DNA from: Obrimoposthia wandeli
Taxonomy: Eukaryota
NCBI GenBank assembly: GCA_977020255.1
Contig: CDROCS010000506.1
Span: 682,001-746,000 of the forward strand
Reading direction: 5' to 3'
Length of the DNA: 64,000 nucleotides
The notes under the pieces were generated by a model. It did no database searches, was not told where the DNA came from, and saw nothing but the letters and a program-made list of their open reading frames with translations. The position numbers were made by a program, and so were the translations under genes. Shown here in pieces: positions 52,513 through 62,710 of this stretch. The stretch's first letter is position 1. The number at the start of each line of letters is the position of its first letter.

Positions 52513-53526
52513 TTAAGTACTTCCACGTTCAGAAATAATAAAACCGAGATCTAGATGCTTATTTTCAATTGGTTCATCATTAATTTTTTTAAGCAACATC
52601 GTCGCTGCTTGTTCACCAATATCGAAACGCGGGATAGACACTGAGGTTAATTTAGGGTTTGTTGCTGAGCAGATATCAAGATCATTAAAACCAACGAGGG
52701 CAATATCCTTCGGCACTTTAAGATTACGTCGTTGGCATTCAAACAAGGCGCCGGCGGCTAAATCATCATTACAGAAGAAGATACAATCAGTATCAGGCCA
52801 TTCACCCAATATCTCCGTCAGCATATCTGCGCCCATCTGGTAAGTAGACGCATAGTTGCTAGTGACAACACGATCATCGCTCAAATCGGTTTCCCAAATC
52901 GCTTTACGCCAACCATCCAAACGCATCTGTGCACGTAAATCCATACGCGCGCCGGCAAAGCCAATATTTTTATAGCCTTTACCAATTAAATGCTCTGTCA
53001 TCTTATAACCCGCTTGCGCATGGTCTAAACCAACCGACATATCAATGGCGTTATCATTACACTCCATGATCTCGACAACTGGCAAGTTAGATTTACGTAA
53101 TAACCGATTACTGCGCTCTGTATGGTGTGTGCCTGAAATAATGATGCCATCAATACCAAACTGTAAATAGGTTTCGATTAAGCGTTCTTCTTCTAACAAT
53201 GAATAACCAGAGTGACCTAATAAGATCTGAAAGCCTTGCCCTAACATCACATCATTAATACCGCGTACAACGTCAGCAAATACGCCGTTAGATAATGAAG
53301 GTACAATCAATACAACCGTTTTACTTTGCTTGGCACTTAACATGCTAGCGGCACGGTTAGGGATATAGCCCATTTGATCAATTGCTTTATGGATAGTTAA
53401 GCGTAATGATTCCGATACTTTCTCAGGTGTGCGGATCGCCCTAGAGACGGTAATTTTAGTCACACCCACTTTATTTGCAACATCTTGTAAGGTCACTCGA
53501 CCAGACTTGCGACTGTTGGAACTCAT
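52513..53526 (-). CDS. gntR: Gluconate utilisation repressor, LacI family
   Basis: VTLQDVANKVGVTKITVSRAIR, MGYIPNRAA, VPSLSNGVFADV, IFFCNDDLAAGALFEC; adjacent to gntK. Confidence 0.88.
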   Translation of the reverse strand: MSSNSRKSGRVTLQDVANKVGVTKITVSRAIRTPEKVSESLRLTIHKAIDQMGYIPNRAASMLSAKQSKTVVLIVPSLSNGVFADVVRGINDVMLGQGFQILLGHSGYSLLEEERLIETYLQFGIDGIIISGTHHTERSNRLLRKSNLPVVEIMECNDNAIDMSVGLDHAQAGYKMTEHLIGKGYKNIGFAGARMDLRAQMRLDGWRKAIWETDLSDDRVVTSNYASTYQMGADMLTEILGEWPDTDCIFFCNDDLAAGALFECQRRNLKVPKDIALVGFNDLDICSATNPKLTSVSIPRFDIGEQAATMLLKKINDEPIENKHLDLGFIISERGST

Positions 53527-53787
53527 ACGCCTAATATCCTTAGTTATAAAATACTTACCACATTATACCTATCTTCAATTAGGGGTAAATAAACTTTTCA
53601 ATTAACTTTAAATTAGCAAAATCGTATGATTTTCAACATATTCGTTAACTAAAATAAACATTTACGATGCAATTATGTTAATAAAAATATTTACAGAGAC
53701 CGTTATATAAAGATATATATAATTTTAGCTACATTTGTATAATTGGGCAGGAAAGAAACAATCTTAAATTTAAGCAAACAATGATAG

Positions 53788-53803
53788 CGTGATACAGGTC
53801 ACA
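53788..53803. promoter_or_regulatory. CRP site in the gntR/gnd divergent region
   Basis: CGTGA-TACAGG-TCACA, one mismatch from TGTGA-N6-TCACA. Confidence 0.6.
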
Positions 53804-53997
53804 CAAGACAATACCTGTTAACTATACTAATTTTAATGATTTAAAATTAATATATGACAAAATAGTGATTAAGCTGAAAAATACAAATAACGATAGCGTT
53901 AACATTGTATCTTTTGCTACTTTCTATATCATGCCTTAAACAACTAAGGCATTAGCCAATTCTCACCTTCATGACTTGCCAAAGCACAGAGGAACAG

Positions 53998-55500
53998 ATG
54001 AACAATAATATTGATATTGCAGTAATAGGTTTAGGCGTAATGGGTGCCAACATGGCATTAAATTTAGCAGAGCGTGGTTTCTCAGTTGCCGCTTTTGACA
54101 TTAACGAAGCGCGTCGTACAGACATCGTTAAACGTCATCAACCATTAACAGCAGCAAAATTAATTGCCGTTGCTGATCTTGCTGAACTCATCCAACAATT
54201 AGATACACCACGTCGTATCGTGCTTTCTGTTCCAGCAGGCCCTGTTGTTGATATAATTTGTAACGACTTAATTGCAGCTGGCTTAGAAGCAAGCGACATC
54301 GTTGTTGATACTGGTAACAGCCAATGGCGTGATTCTATCACCCGTGCAGATTCTTATGCAGGTAAATTTAACTTCTTCACTTGTGCTATCTCTGGTGGTG
54401 AAGTGGGCGCTCGTTTCGGTCCATCACTCATGCCAAGTGGCGATCTAGCAGCATGGGAATGGTTAAAACCTATGTGGCAAGCAATGTCAGCAAAAGTAGA
54501 CCCTGTAACAGGTGTTGAAATTGCACGTACACAAGTAGACCAGCCATTACCTGAAGGCGAACCTTGTGCAGAGTACATTGGTCCAATCGGTTCTGGCCAC
54601 TTTGTTAAAATGGTACACAACGGTATCGAATACGCTGATATGCAAATGATTGCCGAAGTTGTGCAATTCATGCGTCAAATCTTGGGTATGTCTGCTGTTG
54701 AAGTTGGCGAAGTATTCAGTGAATGGAATAAAGGCAAGCTACAAAGCTACCTTATCGAAATCACAGGTAACATCCTGAAAGTTGTTGATGAAGCAACAGG
54801 CAAACCTATGGTTGACGTGATCATGGATCAAGCTGGCCAAAAAGGGACGGGTAACTGGACTGCACGTGAAGCACTAGAGCTTGGCGTACCAGCAAACGCA
54901 ATTGCAGAATCTGTATTTGCACGTTGCCTAAGCACACAAAAATCTATCCGTCAGGTTGGCGCAGCTAAACTTGCTGGTCCAGCGGTATCGATCGAAGATC
55001 GTGACGTTTGGTTAGACAAATTATCTGATGCTTTATACTGTTCAAAAATCTGTAGCTACGCGCAAGGTTTTGAATTGATGACTGCAGCAGAAAAAGAACA
55101 TAACTGGACACTAGATTACGTTGCAATTGCAAAAATCTGGCGTGCTGGTTGCGTGATCCGCGCTCACTTCTTAGATGATATCTCAAAAGCTTACCAGGCT
55201 GAGCCTGAGTTATTAAACCTAATGTTAGCTGAACGTTTCACTAATACCCTTGCAGAAAGCCAAATGGCTTGGCGTGAAGTGTTAGCGAAAGCAATCATGC
55301 AAGGTATGCCAATGCCTTCAATTAGCGCAGCGATGAGCTACTATGATTGTTACCGTGAAGCAGATTCTTCAGCAAGCCTTATCCAAGCGATGCGTGACTA
55401 CTTTGGTGGCCACACTTACCGTCGTAAAGATCAAGATGCAAGTCAAAGCTTCCATTATGATTGGCACTTTGGTACTGGCGAGCACAAAGCCCAGCACTAA
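53998..55500 (+). CDS. gnd: 6-phosphogluconate dehydrogenase, decarboxylating, NADP-dependent
   Basis: GLGVMG, VDTGNS, SGGEVGAR, HFVKMVHNGIEY, QKGTG, QAMRDYFGGHTY; start moved from 53971 to 53998 (AGAGGA RBS). Confidence 0.95.
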   Translation: MNNNIDIAVIGLGVMGANMALNLAERGFSVAAFDINEARRTDIVKRHQPLTAAKLIAVADLAELIQQLDTPRRIVLSVPAGPVVDIICNDLIAAGLEASDIVVDTGNSQWRDSITRADSYAGKFNFFTCAISGGEVGARFGPSLMPSGDLAAWEWLKPMWQAMSAKVDPVTGVEIARTQVDQPLPEGEPCAEYIGPIGSGHFVKMVHNGIEYADMQMIAEVVQFMRQILGMSAVEVGEVFSEWNKGKLQSYLIEITGNILKVVDEATGKPMVDVIMDQAGQKGTGNWTAREALELGVPANAIAESVFARCLSTQKSIRQVGAAKLAGPAVSIEDRDVWLDKLSDALYCSKICSYAQGFELMTAAEKEHNWTLDYVAIAKIWRAGCVIRAHFLDDISKAYQAEPELLNLMLAERFTNTLAESQMAWREVLAKAIMQGMPMPSISAAMSYYDCYREADSSASLIQAMRDYFGGHTYRRKDQDASQSFHYDWHFGTGEHKAQH

Positions 55501-55504
55501 TATC

Positions 55505-55530
55505 AAAAAACCCAGCTTGCTGGGTTTTTT
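55505..55530. terminator. Bidirectional terminator after gnd
   Basis: aaaaaacccagc-tt-gctgggtttttt. Confidence 0.88.
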
Positions 55531-55542
55531 ATTGCCCTCAAA

Positions 55543-55980
55543 TTATAAATTCTGTTTGATATAGTCAACTTGCACGACCTTTTCAACATACAAGGTTAAT
55601 GCCGCCAGTTCTTTTGAATCCCAAGCAAAGATCTCGGCTTGCATCGGTTGTAACATACAAAATTGCACCATCTGCTCGGCATCTACAGAGGTTAACCCCG
55701 ATAGATTTTCAGCCATTGCAACTTGATGTGGATACGGCTGCTTAAAACCAGCACTAAATGCACCACTACCAGCATGACAAGAACTACACGCTAAACCACT
55801 GTTACCAATACTCGGGTCATTCCACAGCTTTTCACCATAAGCGAGTAAGTCACTGCGATCACCACTGTAAATAGGGCTGTCGGCTTGGCGCACAAATTTA
55901 TTTACCTCTTTGCTTCGCTCTTCTGCGTTACAACCCACCAAACCAACCACGGCTATCAATGCCAGTATTTTCAATTTCAT
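55543..55980 (-). CDS. Monoheme c-type cytochrome lipoprotein, SoxA/TsdA-like domain
   Basis: Lipobox LVGC17; CSSCH (65-69); downstream VQFC108MLQPM and ELAALTLYV. Confidence 0.75.
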   Translation of the reverse strand: MKLKILALIAVVGLVGCNAEERSKEVNKFVRQADSPIYSGDRSDLLAYGEKLWNDPSIGNSGLACSSCHAGSGAFSAGFKQPYPHQVAMAENLSGLTSVDAEQMVQFCMLQPMQAEIFAWDSKELAALTLYVEKVVQVDYIKQNL

Positions 55981-56164
55981 CGTACTCCCCTAACGTTAGA
56001 AGTTATAAGCAATTAAAGTTATAAGTAATTAAAACTAGAAGTTATGATCAATAAAAATTAAAGTATCATTAAAGATTAGTCATATGTTTAGATTAAACAA
56101 GCTAAGCCCATGATTTAATAAGCTCAAAAACGACGGCTACGCACAGCAGGAAAGCCATAAACAT

Positions 56165-56929
56165 ATGACAAGGAATAATAAAATGTCACACCCACCCTCT
56201 TCAGCCTCGATCAGAAAATCATTATGGCAAGGTATGCTCGCGGCCATGCCGTTAAGTATCGCCGTGATCCCTTGGGGTATTTTAGCTGGTTCTTACGCCA
56301 TTGAAGCTGGATTAGATATGCTGCAAAGCCAAGCCATGTCTGCAATCGTGTTTGCCGGTGCAGCACAATTAGTGGCCGTGGGGATGATCAAATCAGGGGT
56401 AGGGCTAACCAGTATTTTATTAACAACGTTGCTTATTACCTCGCGCCATTTTTTATACGGCATGGCAATGCGCCAACAAATGAGTCCCCTGCCCTTACGC
56501 TGGCGACTGACATTAGGTTTTTTACTCACCGATGAGTTATTTGCCGTATGCAGCGAAACCAAACAGCACAAGTTTGACCGCTGGTTTGCTTTTGGCGGTG
56601 GCTTTAGTTTCTATCTCATTTGGAACATCGCCTCTGCGGTCGGCATTGTCGCGGGTCAGCAGATCCCTAATTTAGATGAACTCGGTTTAGATTTCGCTAT
56701 TGCAGCGACCTTTATAGCATTAGTTGTACCTGCGATTAAAACACCATCGATTCTAGTCAGCGTACTGGTGTCGCTAGTCATGGCTGTCGTTTGTGAATTG
56801 TTTCATATTCCGGGTGGTTTACTTATCGCAGCTTTATCAGGTATGAGCGCAGGTATGCTTACCGCTAAATTGACTAATGAAGCACATCCAAACCAGACCC
56901 CACTAACAAGACCCGGAGACGAGCTATGA
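56165..56929 (+). CDS. azlC: AzlC-family branched-chain amino acid exporter, large subunit
   Basis: AMPLSIAVIPWGILAG, VFAGAAQL, RHFLYG, FLLTDELFA, GLDFAIAATFI; start may be 56183. Confidence 0.9.
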   Translation: MTRNNKMSHPPSSASIRKSLWQGMLAAMPLSIAVIPWGILAGSYAIEAGLDMLQSQAMSAIVFAGAAQLVAVGMIKSGVGLTSILLTTLLITSRHFLYGMAMRQQMSPLPLRWRLTLGFLLTDELFAVCSETKQHKFDRWFAFGGGFSFYLIWNIASAVGIVAGQQIPNLDELGLDFAIAATFIALVVPAIKTPSILVSVLVSLVMAVVCELFHIPGGLLIAALSGMSAGMLTAKLTNEAHPNQTPLTRPGDEL

Positions 56930-57228
56930 TCTGGTTAACGATAATTCTAATGACCGTCATCATCTTCATTAGCCGCTATATCTTCATTGAACCTAAACTG
57001 CCCCTACGTTTAAGTGTTGGCATGGTGAAGTTTTTAAGCTATTCCGCCCCTGCCGTGCTTACCGCTATTTTAGCGCCTATTGTCTTTTTACAAGACAATA
57101 CTTTGCATCTAAACCTGGATAACAGTTATTTAATCGGCGCTGTATTTGCAGTATTGTTGATCTTATTGACCCGCAACACCTTGCTCACAGCAGTATTAAG
57201 TATGCTGTTGTTTTTCTTGGTTCATTAA
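56926..57228 (+). CDS. azlD: AzlD-family small subunit
   Basis: FISRYIF, LSYSAPAVLTAILAP; overlaps azlC by ATGA. Confidence 0.88.
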   Translation: MIWLTIILMTVIIFISRYIFIEPKLPLRLSVGMVKFLSYSAPAVLTAILAPIVFLQDNTLHLNLDNSYLIGAVFAVLLILLTRNTLLTAVLSMLLFFLVH

Positions 57229-57278
57229 CACTTTTAATTAGATACGTTGTTTACTAGATAACGTCCAGGGTAACCGTT

Positions 57279-58118
57279 ATGCATGATTTTGATATGAACC
57301 TGATTAAGCCGTTTATCAAGGTGTATGAGTTTAACTCCTTTACCAAAGCGGCTGAGTTTTTAGATGTTTCACAGCCAGCAATTAGCGCCTCAATAAAACG
57401 ATTGGAAGATTACCTCGGTTATCAACTATTCATACGCAGCGGCCGTAATTTAACAACAACAACCAGTGCCCAGCAGTTTTACCAACAAGTGGTCAGTGTG
57501 ATTGATGTTGTCGATAATGCCATCGACACAAAAAAGCAATTTATCGTCACAGCACCAGAGAGTATTCTTTTAAAATTAATCGGCCTGCCTAATATCCAGC
57601 TCATTCAATCTGGCGATACTGAAGACAAGACATTTAACGACTTGCGTATGCGCACCATTGATTTAGCCATTGATAACATCACTCAAAAAGACAGTAACTT
57701 TTGTTTTGAATTAATCCATACAGAACCTTTAGTTTTGATTTGCTGCCAAAACCACCCCGAAATTCAAGGTCAGGTAAGTTTAGAGCAGTATCGACAAGCG
57801 GGTCATGTAGTGATGAGGCTATTACGTCATAATATGCACGCTGTAGAGTTTTTTAGTAAAACGACCATACTGCGGGAGCGAGATGTTAAGGTGCAAGTAT
57901 CTAGCCCAGCAAATTTAATGCTCGCGGTACAAGGCACCTCTTACATAGCTGCAATGCCAGCAGGGCTTTCTCACATCGCTAAATCGTTAAACTTACAAGT
58001 GCTACCATTGCCTTTCGCGATCAGCGATATTGAATACCACATGATTTATCACAAGCGCTTCATTAAAGATCCAGTACACAAAAAACTGCGAGAAACATTC
58101 AAGGAGAAACTCATTTAG
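57279..58118 (+). CDS. LysR-family regulator (LeuO/NodD-like), probably controlling the sulfatase
   Basis: DMNLIKPF, SFTKAAEFLDVSQPAISASIKRLE HTH. Confidence 0.88.
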   Translation: MHDFDMNLIKPFIKVYEFNSFTKAAEFLDVSQPAISASIKRLEDYLGYQLFIRSGRNLTTTTSAQQFYQQVVSVIDVVDNAIDTKKQFIVTAPESILLKLIGLPNIQLIQSGDTEDKTFNDLRMRTIDLAIDNITQKDSNFCFELIHTEPLVLICCQNHPEIQGQVSLEQYRQAGHVVMRLLRHNMHAVEFFSKTTILRERDVKVQVSSPANLMLAVQGTSYIAAMPAGLSHIAKSLNLQVLPLPFAISDIEYHMIYHKRFIKDPVHKKLRETFKEKLI

Positions 58119-58248
58119 TATAAGCGCTGGTTATCATAAGTATATCCCATACCCTATTTTTAATTATACCTAAGTCACTTATAGTTCACTCATCAAAACG
58201 AGGCGATGCATACCGCCTTATCTTATTTTTAATATGAGTGATGACGAT

Positions 58249-60309
58249 ATGAAGAAAACAACCTTAGCAACTTTAATTTTTTCAATTTCATTTGGCGCTG
58301 TTGCAGCACAACATGATCATGAACATTTCAGTGAGATTGGCAATCAAGGTGGCAAAGCCGCAACCCAAGCAACAATTGACTATAACCAAGATTTTTCGAA
58401 AACACTAAACTATAAAGATACCCGCGCTTTTGACAATAATAACCGCGGCTTAATTGCTGCATTTGATCAAAAAACCGGTGATCTTATCCGCAACAGTTTC
58501 GACTTTATTGACCCAAGTGCAGCCAATGCCGATAAAGCGCCCGACTCAGTAAACCCATCACTTTGGCGCCAAGCAGTATTAAACCAAGCTGCAACCGGTC
58601 TATATGAAGTCGTTCCAGGTAAAGTGTATCAAGTACGTGGTGCTGATCTCGCTTCAATCTCATTTATCCGTAGTGACAACGGCTGGATCGCATACGACGT
58701 ATTATTAACAAAAGAATCAGCTGAACAGTCTCTTAAATTCTTCCAAGAACATGTGCCTGAAGCAGGTGATTTACCGATTGTCGCCATGATCTACTCGCAC
58801 TCTCATGCCGATCACTTTGGTGGTTCTCGTGCGATTAAAGACGCGTTCCCAAATCTAAAAGTATACGGTTCAAAAAACATAACCAAAGAGATTGTTGATG
58901 AAAATGTGCTAGCAGGTAATGCAATGTCTCGCCGCACAGCATACCAATATGGCGCAACATTAAATCGCGATGAACACGGTATTGTTGATGCAGCGCTCGC
59001 AAAAGGCCTATCAACAGGCGAAATTACTTATGTGCTACCTGACTACGAATTAAACAAGAAAGATGAATTTGAAACATTAACCATTGATGGTCTAGAAATG
59101 ATCTTTATGGATGCATCAGGTACAGAAGCATCATCGGAAATGGTCACTTACATTCCAAGTATGAAAACACTGTGGTCAGCGGAATTGACTTACCAAGGCA
59201 TGCATAACCTATACACACTACGTGGTGCAAAAGTCCGAGATGGTCTACTTTGGTCTAAAAAAATCAACGAGATGTTACATACATGGGGCAATGAAACAGA
59301 AGTGTTGTTCTCTGCTCACTCTGCGCCAGTTTGGGGAAATGAAGAGATCTCTGATTTCTTAAAAATGCAACGTGATGCCTATGGATTCACTCACAACCAA
59401 ACGCTTCGCCTAGCCAACGATGGTTATGTAATGCAAGATTTAGGTGACAAGATTTATGATGTAATGCCGAAATCAATTCAAAAGGCATGGTATACCAATG
59501 GTTACCACGGTACTTATTCACATAACGCACGCGCCGTTTATAATATGTACCTGGGCTACTTTGATATGGTTCCAGCAAACCTTAACCCGCTACCTGTAGC
59601 ACCACAAGCAGAGAAGTTCGTTGAATACATGGGTGGCAGTGAAGTGATACTCAAAAAAGCGCAGGCTGACTTTGAAAAAGGTGAATACCGCTTTGTCGCG
59701 ACAGTATTGAGTAAAGTAGTTAAAACTGAGCCAAGCAATAAAGATGCACGTAAACTATTAGCTGACACTTACGAGCAGCTTGGTTATCAATCTGAAGGTG
59801 CTGGTTGGAGAAATATTTACCTAACAGGTGCTCAAGAATTACGTATAGGCACTAAACCTGGCGCACCTAAAACGGCATCAGCAGACGTACTTGCTAACAT
59901 GACAGTTGAAAATTTATTTGATTATATGGCTGTACGTGTTGATTCATTAAAAGCACAAAATACCCCATTCACACTGAATGTTGTATTACCAGATTCAAAA
60001 GAAACATTCTTTGTCGAAATGTCTAACGGCAACATGAGTAACATTAAAGTAGATAAAGCACTAGAAGCAGACGCTACTCTTTATGTTAATCGCACCGATG
60101 TAACGAAGCTGGTATTAAAACAAACAACTCTAAAAGCCTTGTTTGAATCAAAAGAAGCCGGCATTAAAGGTGACAAAACAGTATTAAATAAACTAATGGC
60201 CTCTTTAGTCGAATTTGATGAGAAGTTCGAAATTGTACCTCGCCCAGCAAAAGGCGAAGAAGTTGATGCCCAGTTATATGAAAATACAGGCGACCATAAC
60301 GGCCAATAA
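58249..60309 (+). CDS. Secreted alkyl/aryl sulfatase, metallo-beta-lactamase fold (SdsA1/BDS1 family)
   Basis: Start moved to 58249 (MKKTTLATLIF signal peptide); SLWRQA, YQVRGADL, YSHSHADHFGG, HNLYTLRGAKVRD, GYHGTYSHN, WRNIYLTGAQEL, SCP2-like tail. Confidence 0.9.
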   Translation: MKKTTLATLIFSISFGAVAAQHDHEHFSEIGNQGGKAATQATIDYNQDFSKTLNYKDTRAFDNNNRGLIAAFDQKTGDLIRNSFDFIDPSAANADKAPDSVNPSLWRQAVLNQAATGLYEVVPGKVYQVRGADLASISFIRSDNGWIAYDVLLTKESAEQSLKFFQEHVPEAGDLPIVAMIYSHSHADHFGGSRAIKDAFPNLKVYGSKNITKEIVDENVLAGNAMSRRTAYQYGATLNRDEHGIVDAALAKGLSTGEITYVLPDYELNKKDEFETLTIDGLEMIFMDASGTEASSEMVTYIPSMKTLWSAELTYQGMHNLYTLRGAKVRDGLLWSKKINEMLHTWGNETEVLFSAHSAPVWGNEEISDFLKMQRDAYGFTHNQTLRLANDGYVMQDLGDKIYDVMPKSIQKAWYTNGYHGTYSHNARAVYNMYLGYFDMVPANLNPLPVAPQAEKFVEYMGGSEVILKKAQADFEKGEYRFVATVLSKVVKTEPSNKDARKLLADTYEQLGYQSEGAGWRNIYLTGAQELRIGTKPGAPKTASADVLANMTVENLFDYMAVRVDSLKAQNTPFTLNVVLPDSKETFFVEMSNGNMSNIKVDKALEADATLYVNRTDVTKLVLKQTTLKALFESKEAGIKGDKTVLNKLMASLVEFDEKFEIVPRPAKGEEVDAQLYENTGDHNGQ

Positions 60310-60339
60310 CATTAACAACCGTTATTAATATCACTATTC

Positions 60340-60362
60340 AAGCCAGCTTATGCTGGCTTTTT
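60340..60362 (+). terminator. Intrinsic terminator of the sulfatase gene
   Basis: aagccagc-ttat-gctggcttttt. Confidence 0.8.
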
Positions 60363-60396
60363 CAATTTCTGAAGCCATGACAAAATATCTAAAGTA

Positions 60397-60727
60397 ACGA
60401 CAAACCGAAACTAATAATCAATTACAGACACATCCTTAATATGCATCCATCCCCTCTCCACGCAGAAATAATGCTAAGTTTCACAAATTAACTTTTAATC
60501 ACATATAAACTGTAAGTTTCAATAGACAAACGAAACAAACGAAACTAATATACACGCAAATCGAAACAAGAATTGTATTAAAGACAAGTTTAAGTCGCTA
60601 AATAGCCAATAGAAACTAGATAAATTTCAATCACAGGCTATATTTAATGAAACGTAACTATGACAACGTATTTAAGTTACGTTTCAACATTAAAATACAA
60701 AGTAATCATTTAATGATAAACGTTTCG
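60397..60727. promoter_or_regulatory. Array of GAAAC/GTTTC motifs and a 12-bp inverted repeat upstream of glmS
   Basis: CGAAAC at 60406, 60531, 60540, 60562; GTTTC at 60478, 60516, 60681, 60722; TGAAACGTAACT-N15-AGTTACGTTTCA at 60648-60686. Confidence 0.6.
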
Positions 60728-60847
60728 ATCTCAAAATCATTAAAACAAGTTATATAGGACGCACGTCGTCACGGACCGATAGACAACACTATCACGTGGT
60801 TATTACTTGTTAACATATTTATAAATTTATAAAGCTAGGAGAAGACC

Positions 60848-62680
60848 ATGTGTGGGATTGTTGGTGCTGTTGCACAAAGAGATATCGCTGAGATTTTAGT
60901 TGAAGGTTTACGTCGTTTAGAATACCGCGGGTACGATTCTGCTGGTGTGGCGATTGTAGATCAAGATAACAACCTACAGCGTGTGCGTAGTCTAGGTAAA
61001 GTAAAAGAACTAGCAGCGGCGGTTGATATTGAACAACCGATTGGCGGCACGGGCATCGCCCATACACGTTGGGCCACACATGGTGTACCTTCGCAAGAAA
61101 ATGCTCATCCACATGTATCAGGTGATATTGCCGTTGTACATAACGGTATTATTGAAAACCATGAATCATTACGTGCGCTACTACAAGAACGTGGTTATGT
61201 ATTCCAATCGCAAACAGATACTGAAGTTATCGCCCACTTGGTTGAATGGGAACTACGCTCAACAGATAGCTTACTTAATGCAGTACAAAAAACCGCGGCG
61301 CAGTTAGATGGCGCTTACGGTACTGTAGTACTTAACCGTCTAGAACCAGGTAAATTAATTGTTGCTCGTTCAGGCAGCCCAATTGTAATTGGTTTAGGTA
61401 TAGGCGAAAACTTCCTAGCATCAGACCAATTAGCACTACTTAGCGTAACACGCCGTTTCATGTACCTTGAAGAAGGTGATGTTGCAGAAGTAACGCGTCG
61501 CGATGTAAATGTATTTGATATTCACGGTGACGCAGTAACACGAGAAGTGGTTGAATCAAACGCAGAGCATGATGCTGGCGACAAGGGCAAATATCGCCAC
61601 TTCATGCAAAAAGAAATCTTTGAGCAACCTTTAGCATTAACCAATACGATGGAAGGTCGTCTGTCAGCTAACAGTATGATCACTCAAAGCATCGGTGTTA
61701 ACGCCGCAGAGATCTTACCAAAAGTAGAGCATGTGCAAATTATCGCTTGTGGTACTTCTTACAATGCTGGTATGACTGCACGTTATTGGTTTGAATCATT
61801 AGCAGGCGTAAGCTGTGATGTCGAAATTGCCTCTGAATTCCGCTATCGTAAATTTGTAACACGTCCGAACAGCCTACTTATCACCTTGTCACAATCAGGT
61901 GAAACAGCAGATACATTAGCAGCATTACGCCTTGCCAAAGAAAAAGGTTACATGGCGGCAATGACTATTTGTAACGTGGCAGGTTCTTCATTAGTACGTG
62001 AATCTGACTTTGCATTCATGACCCGTGCTGGTACTGAAATTGGCGTTGCTTCAACGAAAGCATTCACCACGCAACTATCAGCTTTATTAATGCTAGTAAC
62101 TGCATTAGGTAAAGAGAAAAAGGTAATTAACGCAGAGAAAGAAGCAGAGATTGTGACTGCATTACACGCTTTACCTGCACAAATCGAAACGTCATTATCA
62201 TTTGATAAAGAAATCGAAGCCCTTGCAACAGATTTTGCCGATAAGCACCACACATTATTCTTAGGTCGCGGTGAGTTCTACCCTATCGCAATGGAAGCAG
62301 CACTTAAGCTGAAAGAGATCTCTTACATTCACGCTGAAGCATACGCAGCTGGTGAATTGAAACACGGTCCTTTAGCACTAGTCGATGCCGACATGCCAGT
62401 TGTGGTTATTGCTCCGACGAATGAATTACTAGAAAAACTTAAATCGAACATTGAAGAAGTACGTGCTCGTGGCGGCCTACTGTATGTATTCGCTGACGCA
62501 GACGCTGGTTTTGTGGAATCAGAAGGCATGAAGATCATCACTATGCCGCATGTAAGTGAAATTACTGCACCAATCTTCTACACACTACCTATGCAGTTGC
62601 TTTCATACCATGTAGCACTGATTAAAGGTACGGATGTGGATCAGCCACGTAACCTAGCGAAAGCTGTAACGGTTGAGTAA
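60848..62680 (+). CDS. glmS: Glutamine--fructose-6-phosphate aminotransferase (isomerizing)
   Basis: [55 protein letters not shown]. Confidence 0.98.
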   Translation: MCGIVGAVAQRDIAEILVEGLRRLEYRGYDSAGVAIVDQDNNLQRVRSLGKVKELAAAVDIEQPIGGTGIAHTRWATHGVPSQENAHPHVSGDIAVVHNGIIENHESLRALLQERGYVFQSQTDTEVIAHLVEWELRSTDSLLNAVQKTAAQLDGAYGTVVLNRLEPGKLIVARSGSPIVIGLGIGENFLASDQLALLSVTRRFMYLEEGDVAEVTRRDVNVFDIHGDAVTREVVESNAEHDAGDKGKYRHFMQKEIFEQPLALTNTMEGRLSANSMITQSIGVNAAEILPKVEHVQIIACGTSYNAGMTARYWFESLAGVSCDVEIASEFRYRKFVTRPNSLLITLSQSGETADTLAALRLAKEKGYMAAMTICNVAGSSLVRESDFAFMTRAGTEIGVASTKAFTTQLSALLMLVTALGKEKKVINAEKEAEIVTALHALPAQIETSLSFDKEIEALATDFADKHHTLFLGRGEFYPIAMEAALKLKEISYIHAEAYAAGELKHGPLALVDADMPVVVIAPTNELLEKLKSNIEEVRARGGLLYVFADADAGFVESEGMKIITMPHVSEITAPIFYTLPMQLLSYHVALIKGTDVDQPRNLAKAVTVE

Positions 62681-62710
62681 AGATTACCTTAAAAATTGTT
62701 TTAAAAAATA
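62645..62710 (+). other. attTn7-type target site (3' end of glmS), apparently unoccupied
   Basis: ccacgtaacctagcgaaagctgtaacggttgagtaa encodes the conserved PRNLAK.VTVE end recognised by TnsD; native terminator follows and no tns genes are present. Confidence 0.55.

Noticed and set aside
60647-60757. 36-codon ORF MKRNYDNVF... as a remnant of the DeoR gene found upstream of Vibrio glmS
   Set aside because: Only the first four residues are suggestive, there is no RBS, and the sequence is explained by the inverted repeat.
60310-60847. glmS ribozyme
   Set aside because: That RNA is mainly a Gram-positive feature; I see no conserved core or multi-helix GC-rich structure here.
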